Made by a program: the position numbers and the translations under genes
Shown here: positions 25,950-53,416 of the stretch, piece by piece
How the letters are laid out: every line of letters begins with the position of its first letter
Numbering within the stretch: the stretch's first letter is position 1
Notes under the pieces: model-generated
Seen by the model: only the letters and a program-made list of their open reading frames with translations
What the model was told of the DNA's origin: nothing
Databases searched by the model: none
Source of the DNA: Macrostomum lignano
Lineage: Eukaryota
NCBI GenBank assembly: GCA_002269645.1
Contig: NIVC01000949.1
Span: 1-64,000, forward strand
Length of the DNA: 64,000 nucleotides
Direction: 5' to 3'

Positions 25950-27962
25950 CTCTATTTGCCTCTGGCAGCCGCAGACCCCCCCCCCCCCCACGCCAGGCTC
26001 GCCAGTCCGCAGGCCGTGGTACTGCTCAACATACCCTCTAATGCCTACGGTGTTCGACCGTGCCGATGGGCTGGAAGGCCGGGGAGTAGTCCGGTCGCAA
26101 GCGGTCCCCCTCCTGGTGTCGGGCCAGCCTTGAGGGTTCTATTGGCCTACTGCCCGGTCAGGTGGAGCGACCGGGTGGGTACCGCGCCCCTTCGAGGGTA
26201 GCCCACCAACCTTTATCATGGCCTTCGAGCCGACTATGGATAAACAAACCAAATCTAGGGACGGGGACCCTTCAAAACCCCAACCTCAGTCAGAAGGACC
26301 GGCCGGCCCTGCTGGCAGATCCCAACCGACTGATTCATCTGTGGCAAAAGAAGAACCGGCTGGCTCTGCTGGCAGATCCGACCAGAGCTACAAAAACCAA
26401 AGTACTCAAAGACCTGCCAGCTCTGCTGGTGGATCAAAGGGAACCGCGAGCTCTGAGCCTAAAGGACCGGCCAAATCTGGCAGATCCGACGAAGCTCAGC
26501 GGGCTCGGCTCGAGCGCAAACGCGCTAAACAACGCGCCAAAAGGCAGGCCAAGAAGGGAGCTGCGGGGGCCAAAGCGGCGGCGTCCACCATGGATGCTGA
26601 AGCGACTGGCGTCCCAAAGCAACCAGACGGGCCGGCCGATGGAAGCTCCAGTAGTTCAGCGGCGGCGCTCCCTGGAGATGCTGCTGCGGCAGCTGAGGCC
26701 GAAACCACGGCGCAACAAATGGCCACTGCCAACAAGGAGGTTCCTTCGGGAGCTACCTTTGCGGCGAAGGCCAAGGCCAAAATCCCGGGAGTGATCATTC
26801 AAGGTCGCGACCAGGATTGGACCACTGATCAGCTTCAAAAAGTGTGGAGTGCTGTTGACTCCTATCTGATTGAGCTGACTGTCGAGGAGGGAATCTCCAT
26901 CGGCATTGAGCGGATGGTGCTGCAAAGCACATTCGTTCTTATTGCTTCTACATGTAGCAGTGAGGAGGACGCTCAGCAGCTGCTCCAGCGGCTACCGACG
27001 GTCTCCTTGGATGCTGACCTCGGCGGAGCCCTTTTTCTTCGCGAAGGCCGGCGTCCAAAGACAATACCCTACGTGGTTTTTGTCCCTGCAAAGAGCACCG
27101 CAGCTGGACCAGACGTGATTCGCCGGGTCCTACTGCGTCTGAACCCCGACCTCCCTGCTAGTGGACTGGTGTATCACCGCAATGTCCGCAGGGGGGAGAC
27201 GGGCAAGTCAATTATCCTCGGCCTTTCCAACGCTTGGGCGAGTCGGTACCCTAACGGATCCTTTTTCCAGCTGGGTGCCCTCAAGCTCAAGATGCGCCGA
27301 GGAAAGTCTGCCAAAGGGAAGGCTACTGCCAACCCCGGCATCTCCGGCAAGAGCGGGGCGCAGTCTAAGGCCAGGGAAAGGTGCAAGCCGATCCCAAAGC
27401 CAAAGCTGCATCTCGCCCCTCTGCTAGCAGCAGTTCGGCGACCCCGGTGACAGCTCCGGCCAAGCCCCGGGAACCGAACCTGCCAGCCGGAGAAGGAGTT
27501 GCGGACGAGGCCGGGTCTTCGGAATCCGAGCTCTCCTCGGCCACCATTTTGCATGCAGTCAGTTTCTTTAGACAAATAGACACGGTTCACTGGTGGGGTC
27601 TGAAGGCAAAGATGCAGATGAGGAAGCTTCCTCCATCCTGTCATCGGAGCCTGAGGACTCTGCTGGGGGGGGGGGGGGGCTGGTGGGGGTGAGGAGGCCA
27701 TGGACGTCGACCAACTCCCATCTCCCAGTCAAGCCCCAACGGCCTGGGACGAGGACGATTTGCTGTCCAAGTCTCCTTGATAGCCCGGGGTTCTAGCCAG
27801 CTATTGCATTCAATACAGTATGACTAAGCTCCACGCTGCCAAAGGAGCGAAATTCTGTCTGCAAATAAATTTACAGCATTGCGTATTTGCGTCAGTAAAT
27901 CTGATGAAGATTGCTGAGCTGTACAGGCCAGGCCTCATTCTGATCCAGGAACTCTGGAAAGT
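25950..27962 (+). mobile_element. 5' half of a non-LTR retrotransposon (R1/LOA-like): 5' UTR, frameshifted ORF1, start of ORF2 AP-endonuclease
   Basis: ORF1 runs from 26218 (low-complexity N-terminus, then a DUF4780-like LLRLNPDL...G...LGALKLKM region) and continues by frameshift to ...WDEDDLLSKSP* at about 27780. ORF2 from 27820 has LQINLQHC...NL...LILIQELW, the typical APE N-terminus, and breaks off at about 27960. The 5' boundary is approximate. Confidence 0.8.
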
Positions 27963-28877
27963 TCTTTTTGCTCCATCTCGGCATCCCTCGCCACCTCTGC
28001 CGTTCCTGGGATTCGCGGTTTTGTATGTCTGAGATGCTTCCTCGTGAGTTTTCCATCTTCTCCCTCGACCTTGACGACTTTGGCCCACTCGGGTTCTCTC
28101 GCCAGTTGAATGACCAGGCCGCGCAGCAGATGTGCTCTCATTAGTTCCGGTGACATCCCAGTTGCTGAATGCTTTGCATTTCTATATTGTAGCTGTCGAT
28201 ACTGGCTTGCATGTCATTGTGATCAAAGGCTACACGAAGTGGTTTTTAGATCCCGGACGAACCTTTCTGGTATGCCATTTGAGCGAGGATGGTACGGTGG
28301 TGTCAAAAGATGTTTACAGACAATCGCTCGGAGCCAGGTTTCCATTTGTTTCGAGACAATCTGTCTTCGAAATGTATTCGATATGTATTCTGTATTCTCT
28401 CATGTCAAATCTTCACAGCAATTTCCGCAGGATTTCCCTGTTGTGGAGACCAAATATGAACCGGTCACGAAGTCTTTCCGAGTCGTCCACAAAGTCGCAG
28501 CCCTCCGATAGTCGCTTCAGCCTGCGACTGTAGGCCAGGATGCCCTCACTGCTCTCTTGATTGGCCTTGTGGAACTTGAATCTACCAACGATTACAGACT
28601 TCTCGCCCATCCTCGCCGCCATTGTTGGACCTCTCGTTAGGTCTTAAAAAGGAACTGAAGTCTGATCGCTTGGTTTGAGTGGACCTTTTTTCTTTTTTGA
28701 CCTTTTTTGTCGCTGCTCTCGTTTGTCAAATTAGGTGTCAAGTCATTCGCGACCTGGCCCTGAGGCGCGCCCTGTGACGCTGAACGGTATTTTGTTGTTG
28801 TTGTTGCTGTTGGTTGTCAAATCAATACGGTAAACTCAAAAAAGCTATAGAGTAAAACAAAAATAACGTATGCAACA
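27963..28877 (-). mobile_element. Internally deleted Ty3/gypsy LTR retrotransposon: 5' LTR, PBS, gag, RNaseH and integrase fragments; no 3' LTR
   Basis: LTR 28877-28623 has TGTTG...CAACA termini. PBS TGGCGGCGAGGATGGG (28621-28606) matches the 3' end of tRNA-Ser(GCT) with one mismatch. Gag: RFKFHKANQ...LRDRFIFGL. RNaseH remnant: IEYISK/DCL. Integrase: KHLLTPPYHPRSNGIPERFVRDLK, LQYRNAKHSATGMSPELM and a GPY/F-like KVEGEDGKLTRKH. Confidence 0.85.
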
Positions 28878-29566
28878 GTTTGAGTTCAGCGTGATGTGAT
28901 TCAGTCTAAATTCCGCCTCGTATCCTTCTTGACTCAATGCTTATGACATAACTGTTTTTCCTCTGCAAAATCATTTTTTTAGTTTTAGCTTTAGCCTCTG
29001 CTAATGCTCCTACGCTCCTATTTATTCTGAATTTTTAGTAATCTTTCTGACCAAAACACAAATTTAACCCAATGTTATTGGGCCTTTTTACTACTTGTAA
29101 GTAGGTATTGTTGATGAGTAACACCTGACAACACCTGTTGAGGAAGAAAAGTTTACTGTCTGACAAAAATCAAAGCTGAATAAGACTTCATTCTATGGGA
29201 GATGCATATACAAATATGATCACTTTCAATTAATGTACTTTAGTAACTATGGTTCTCCAAGAATGAAAAACAGACAAACTACTTTTTGTGAAGATTACGA
29301 GTATAAGTAGTTTCGAAGAGTTTTGCTTTCGAAAAAAACTTTCAAAGCTCGGCATGATGTGAGCGTTTACTTTGAAGTACTGAAGTTTTGTCAGTAGAAA
29401 GTGTTTGCTTTTTATAGAAAAGCAGCCAAGAGATTTTTAAACTACGAATATCTTGACTTTATCTATGAGATATCTTTTTAGTTTTTTTGTTAATCTGTTC
29501 TATATTTAGCCCACCTAGAAACTTAAGACAAAATTTCCTAAATAATTCACATTTCCTTAAATTTTT

Positions 29567-30335
29567 TCTTGTCTCTCTTGTGTCTGTCTTGTGTCTGTCT
29601 TGTCTCTCTTGTGTCTGTCTTGTCTCTCTTGTGTCTCTCTTGTGTCTGTCTTGTCTGTCTTGTGTCTGTCTTGTCTCTCTTGTGTCTGTCTTGTCTCTCT
29701 TGTGTCTGTCTTGTCTGTCTTGTGTCTGTCTTGTCTGTCTTGTGTCTGTCTTGTCTCTCTTGTGTCTGTCTTGTCTCTCTTGTGTCTGTCTTGTCTGTCT
29801 TGTGTCTGTCTTGTCTGTCTTGTGTCTGTCTTGTCTCTCTTGTGTCTGTCTTGTCTGTCTTGTGTCTGTCTTGTCTGTCTTGTTTCTGTCTTGTCTCTCT
29901 TGTTTCTGTCTTGTCTGTATTGTGTCTGTCTTGTCTCTCTTGTGTCTGTCTTGTCTCTCTTGTGTCTGTCTTGTCTCTCTTGTGTCTGTCTTGTCTCTCT
30001 TGTGTCTGTCTTGTCTCACTTGTGTGTCTGTCTTGTCTCTCTTGTGTCTGTCTTGTCTCTCTTGTGTCTGTCTTGTCTCTCTTGTGTCTGTCTTGTCTCT
30101 CTTGTGTCTGTCTTGTCTCTCTTGTGTCTGTCTTGTCTCTCTTGTGTCTGTCTTGTCTCTCTTGTGTCTGTCTTGTCTCTCTTATGACTGTCTTGTCTCT
30201 CTTGTGTGCCTGTCTTGTCTCTCTTGTGTCTGTCTTGTCTCTCTTGTGTCTGTCTTGTCTCTCTTGTGTCTGTCTTGTCTCTCTTATGTCTGTCTTGTCT
30301 CTCTTGTGTGCCTGTCTTGTCTCACTTGTGTCTTT
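29567..30335. repeat. Pyrimidine-rich 15/20-bp compound repeat (TGTGTCTGTCTTGTCTCTCT)
   Basis: Seen directly. Confidence 0.97.
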
Positions 30336-31006
30336 TGTTTGCTTTTCTTCTTCCTATATTGCTATATAGCATGAGTAGATGAAATGGAAAATAAATTCTG
30401 TCTCTCAGAATAGTAGGGGGACTCAAGAGTTCGCTGGTAGGTCAGCAACAGAAGACGATGCAGCGGAAACGACTGCTCAACACGCGAGCACGAGGCAACC
30501 GGAGCACACACTGGGCCAGCCCCGCCCTCCCAACCCCACACCAACGTGCTCGGGTGCACAAAAGCCTTTTATTGGCCAACTCTAAACACCGACCCTCCCT
30601 GCTCAGCCCGAAAAGCAGTCCTGTGGAGCCATGCGTATGACAGCTAAAAATATTTGCCTTCTCAGCCACAACGCGCTGGCAGGCTGGGGTTGCTGTGATA
30701 GAAGCACAGTGCCAGTGACAGTATCTATATTGTTGAGCTCAGTGCACGCTCGCAAACTGCAGTGTTTCACGTCCTGCGACGACAGCTCCCCCCCCTTCCA
30801 CACCACCAACCCACTGGCGCACGCAGCTATTAATTTTCCATCTGCGCTTCTTTTGTCCATCGCTGTCGGTTCCCCTCCAGAGCGCATCGGAGAAATTCTG
30901 CCACGTCAGCCAGACAGAGCCGTGTTTATATAGCTGACCTCTCTCTATTTTGCCCTATAGAACTACGCTTTCATTGCTAGAGAAATCTCATTTTGAACTG
31001 TAAAGT

Positions 31007-31790
31007 ATGAGACAAGCATTGCTTCTGCTGTTGCTGCCACAGCTGTTGCTTCAGCTGCAATTGCTAAAAGCAGAAGAGACTCCTCAAGGTCACTTGGAAG
31101 AATTCGGCAAGCAGGGGCCGAATCTGGGCATCGACCAGGTGGACGGGTTCATCCCGCCGCAGGAGTTCATCAACGAGTACGTGCGGAAGAACAAGCCGCT
31201 GTTGTTCAAAGGCGCCGCCAAGTTATCCCCAGCGTTCAACAAGTGGACCGACGAGTATCTCAGCTCCATGGTGCCGCCCAGGCCTGCCGGTGACATCTTC
31301 ATTGAGCACAGCAAGAAGGAGAACCGATCGCAGGGCTACAATTTTGTTCATTTCAAAAAGTTTTTAGAGATTTATAACACATCCAATATCTACATGGTGT
31401 CCGATGTGCCCGAGTATCTGCTGTAAGTGTTCTTTAATTCTTGAACTCTTTGACACAGAAATCATCAAGCTCATCGCACGGTTCGGCATGATTAATTGAT
31501 CTTCCAGAAGCGACCTGTTGCTGCCGTTTCCGCTGCAGTGCAGGCTGTTCATCCGCGGAGGCCTGGACACCCACGTTGTGTGGTTCTCTAGCGGCGGGAC
31601 CTCCAGCGTCATCCACCACGATGCCTACGAGAACATCAATTGCCTGTACCGCGGCCGCAAGAAGCTGGTGTTCCTTAATACCACCAAGTACCCTGAGCAG
31701 GCTGAGAAGATCATCGACAGGGAGGAGGGATCATTTTCCTCAGTTGATGTAGACAAGTGAGTGACTAGTTAGTTAGTTAGTTAGTTATTC

Positions 31791-31839
<49 letters not shown>

Positions 31840-31840
31840 A

Positions 31841-31891
<51 letters not shown>

Positions 31892-31892
31892 A

Positions 31893-31931
<39 letters not shown>

Positions 31932-31932
31932 A

Positions 31933-32009
<77 letters not shown>

Positions 32010-33929
32010 GAGTTAGTCAGTCAGTCGGTTAGTCAGTCAATCAGTCAGTTAGTCAGTTTGTCAGTCAGTCAGTCAATCAGTCAGTTAGTCAGTTAGTCAG
32101 TTTGTCAGTCAGTTAGTCAGTCAATCAGTCAGTTAGTCAGTCAATCAGTCAGTTAGTCAGTCAGTCAGTCAGTCAGTCAGTCAGTCAGTCAGTTAGTCAG
32201 TCAATCAGTCAGTCAGTCAGTCAGTCAGTCAGTCAGTCAGTCAGTCAGTCAGTCAGTCAGTCAGTTAGTTTAATCCATCAAACTTCAGAGTCGACGTGAC
32301 TAAACGGCCAGAGTTCAGCGGCCTGGAGTTTCACATCGCCGAGATGGAAACCGGTGACTGCTTGTACATCCCTCTGTTCTGGTGAGTCTCCCTCCCACGC
32401 TAAAGAAAATGCAGTGCATAGAAGATATGCTTGTCAATCTAACTTTGTCACAAATTTCAACACGGGATTCAGGATCCACCAGGTCCGCTCATTCGAGAAC
32501 AATTTGGCCGTTAACATCTGGTGGCCACCCCGAACCGAGTACAAGCTGGGCGAATGCATGCCGCAATACAGCACCAAGCTGAACTTCAACCGCGTCTATT
32601 TCAAGACCATCGAGAATAACATTCGAGGCGACGTTGATAATATCAGGTGAGAAGCCCTGTTCTCTACTGTCTGACAAGCTCTACATACCTGCCTTTATAG
32701 ATAAGACGCTGAGACTAATTGTACGCTTTAACAGACATTGGTTTCACGATTTGGTAGACTGGATACACAATTTGGTAGACTGGATACACAATTTGGTAGA
32801 CTGTGGATACACAATTTGATAGACTGTGGATACACAATTTGATAGACTGTGGATACACAATTTGATAGACTGTGGATACACAATTTGATAGACTGTGGAT
32901 ACACAATTTGATAGACTGTAGATACACAATTTGGTAGACTGTGGATACACAATTTGATAGACTGTGGATACACAATTTGATAGACTGTGGATACACAATT
33001 TGATAGACTGTAGATACACAATTTGGTAGACTGTGGATACACGATTTGGTAGACTGGATACACAATTTGGTAGACAGTGGATACACAATTTGATAGACTG
33101 TGGATACACAATTTGGTAGACTGTGGATACACAATTTGATAGACTGTGGATACACAATTTGGTAGACTGTGGATACACAATTTGATAGACTGTGGATACA
33201 CAATTTGGTAGACTGTGGATACACGATTCGGTAGACTGGATGCACGATTTGGTAGACTGTGGATACACAATTTAGTAGACTGTGTATACACAATTTAGTA
33301 GACTGGATGCACTATTAAAACTCGGTCAATCACAGGCTATTTCCTAACAAAAAATCTGTACATATTGCATCGCAGATTGGTGCTCAAAGCGATCCTACCA
33401 AAAGATGACCGGACCGAGGCTTCACTAATGAAAATTCTGTCCGGTGGCAACGAAGCCCTGGTTGCCAATCCAGAATTCGCATCCGCTGTCAGCTCCATCT
33501 TCAAGGCTCTCGATTTGAACATGGACGGCGAGTTGTCCGACGAGGAGCTGGGCAGAAAGCTGACTCGAAAGGTGAGACCAACCGTCGATAAGTGTTAAAA
33601 TTCACTTAAATCCTCTTCAATTTTTATCACTAATTTTTATGCTTGGCGACCACCAAAAACACGGACAGGATTTCCGGCCAATCTACAAAGCGGTGGCCGC
33701 CTACAATATCATTGTCTACCGGATGCACGAGACGGCCGGAAATGGACCGGAAGCTGATCGGCTGCCGAAATTGTTTCGCACCTCCAACAGCGACGAGAGC
33801 GTGTTCGCGCCGCACCGCACCTGGACGCAGCCGGAGCCGCCGGGCCCGGAGGAAGAGGAGGACGAAATGCCGACTGACGACTGGCAGCCGCCCCAGGCCG
33901 AGCCAGAGAAGTCGAAGGACGAGCTGTGA
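31007..33929 (+). CDS. Secretory-pathway JmjC (cupin) 2OG/Fe(II) oxygenase with an EF-hand and C-terminal KDEL, 6 exons, 462 aa
   Basis: Exons 31007-31422, 31508-31756, 32289-32381, 32473-32646, 33376-33571 and 33669-33929; phases 2, 2, 2, 2, 0 are consistent. Signal peptide MRQALLLLLLPQLLLQLQLLKA; JmjC motifs SVIHHDAYENINC, GDCLYIPLFWIHQVRS and NLAVNIWW; EF loop DLNMDGELSDEE; ends SKDEL*. Confidence 0.92.
31766..32268. repeat. (TTAG)n grading into (TCAG)n microsatellite in JmjC intron 2
   Basis: Seen directly; the switch occurs at about 32015. Confidence 0.97.
32745..33310. repeat. 23-bp minisatellite (TAGACTGTGGATACACAATTTGA/G) in JmjC intron 4
   Basis: About 24 copies. Confidence 0.96.
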
Positions 33930-34194
33930 TTTAGGAAGGCATCGCAAATTCGAACTACAAGCGTACTGGCTCATCCATTCCGTTATCAAATTTTTAGCTC
34001 AGTCTTAACCAATTCAAATTAACTGCTTACTGTCTAACACACGAATTATCGAAGGCAAGCAAAATTATTTGAACCAGATATACGCTGAAGCTGTTATGTA
34101 CTAAATAGAAACTCTTCTGAGAATCAAAGCGATTGTCAATGGCCCAATGAGCCGGTTGGACTTTTGCGTTTACTTAGTAGTTGCATTTGCTACG

Positions 34195-34750
<556 letters not shown>

Positions 34751-35377
34751 GATTCTAAAGAAACTGGAAGCCGAAACAAGTGCAGGAATACGCTTGTAAT
34801 TATTGCTACTAACCTGTCACCCAATGCTGCTGCTGCATTTGTCAATGTATATTTAATCATAAAAAGAATAGACGAGCAAACCAAAAAGCGCATGGTGATT
34901 AAATTTGTACGAGTCTAGTGAAAATTTGCACTAAGATATAAGCAATGGCTAAACAGCATATAGACAGGCCAAGCAGCTGTGGCTGCAGGCTTTAAAAAGA
35001 AACTTCAAATTTCAGAGATAAAACGCGTTCAGAAGAACTCTAGCAGCTTCAGCCGTTGCAACGCGGCGTTGCGCAAAAAAGTCAATGGAGCAGTTTTAGA
35101 AAGAGTTTTATTTATTAAGAACTAAGAGAAGGGTTAAATTGTGCATATATCGTATTGTTAGGATCAACTCAGGAGGTACCGACGTTGGCTGCACGAAAAA
35201 CACCTCTAGATGACTGGAGCAAAGTCCATGTGGTCCCGAATCCCAGCGTACGAATCCCTATCAACAGTGGATTCAATATAAGATGTATAAAAAGCAGCAA
35301 AAATATTGAAGTATAACTGCAATAACAAGTGCGTCTACGTTTGCAGCAATTCAGTTCGGTTCAGTAAAGCAGCTTCA

Positions 35378-51768
<16,391 letters not shown>

Positions 51769-53416
51769 GACTAAAAGTTAATTAAAATACCATACGATCA
51801 AAACGCAGAGTGCGAGAAGTTCATGTTCAACTGATTATCATTTAAAGTAGTGCGAAAGATTTGCGCGGACGTAGTAAAACAACACACTGGGAAAAACGGT
51901 GCGTGCTTTCAACTTTTCAATTGTTCAACCAAGTTATTGCATGCAAAAAGTTTACAAAAAAAGTTTAATACTTCTTAAAAATAATTAGCGGTAGTAGAAA
52001 CGCACTGAAATTATTAGGAACCTGCATATGTACTAACTTGAAGCTAAAGTATCTGAGGGTCGCTGTGAAGCATCTGTCCAGAGATCCACTATCCAGAGAC
52101 CACTTAAGCAAGGACCACTATGTCGTACATGCTGTTGTGTCTTGAGGGAAGCATTGGTTCTTTTCTTATAACTTTTTTAAAGGCTGTGGCTTTACGTAAA
52201 AATACACTTTCAATATATTATTTTCCATTATAAAGCAAAAAGACGTAACCATCAATACTTTGATTGTATGCAGATTGATCAAATATGACTTCTCGGTTTT
52301 AGTGTCAATCAACCGCTAATCTTTGCAAAAACAGGCAAGTCCTGTATTAATTACCTTCCAATAAAACGATATCGCGGATTTAAGTGCGCATGACTTGTTG
52401 GCGCAAATGTACTGTCTGATTTCTTCGTCTGCATCATGCATGTACATCTACCGACTCGTGTATTTACGATCGTATTATTTGACAACGTTTGGGTGCACTA
52501 CTCCGTTTTCTATATTGTTTTGCAAATGCAAAACAACGCAAAAAACGTTAGTATTTAAACACTACTGATATAGTTTAAGCAATACATTACCAATGTCATT
52601 GGCCCCTGTTCGGTACTCTTCCGCTTGACTACTCCATCTTAACGAAAAAATGTCCATGCAATTTTTATAAGTGTCCCCTGAAAACCGCATTATATTCGGA
52701 GTCGAGCTGCATAGCTCTTAAAGAATGTTTAGAAAAGAGCTTTGCACACAGACAAATCAAGACCATAGACAACAAAATTTTCTCTATGGTAAACGTTTTC
52801 TGTACATCCCTGCTGCGCGCATTGGCACAGTAATAAGTATGACCTCGCATGTACATTTACATATTTTCTGGCACCCCAGGGAGCACGGCATGAAGCTTTC
52901 ACGTTCTCTTGGTCATATGCAGTGAGTGCTCAAACATGCATAATAAATAATTGAACTAAATTTCAGTCCTCACTTTTTGAGAGCACGCGTACTTGTAAAC
53001 ATAAAAAGATAAAGGAACAGTAAACAGAAAGAAATTAACAAACGTGATGTGATATGCAAGATATGATTTTGCATTTCCATGATATGCTCGTATAAGGATC
53101 CAAAAAATCTACATAGATTTGCTCAAGCTCAATTACTGCCATAGCGCACTGCTGCTATGCCACTGTACAGTCATGCATTTGGTGTACTCTCCTGTGCAAA
53201 ATGGCCAGTGTACACTGTTCCCTGCATGCACTCTCTCTCTACCCTTGCAGCCTGTACGCCTGCTTTAATTTCAAGGTACTAAAACTGATAGCATTTAAGC
53301 TGCAGTTATTAGAATTTATTCATTTATTTATTTATAAGGCTTATTGAACTGCGCCAGATTAACTTTATAATCTTCAAAACCTTGTTCTGCATATCGAACA
53401 CATTTGCCAGCAAAGT

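Noticed and set aside
30379-30933. Short overlapping ORFs upstream of the JmjC gene
   Set aside because: They have no domain or phase-compatible splice links; this is probably promoter or 5' UTR sequence.
31766-32015. (TTAG)n as an interstitial telomere
   Set aside because: The unit is TTAG, not TTAGGG or TTAGG; it is an ordinary intronic microsatellite.
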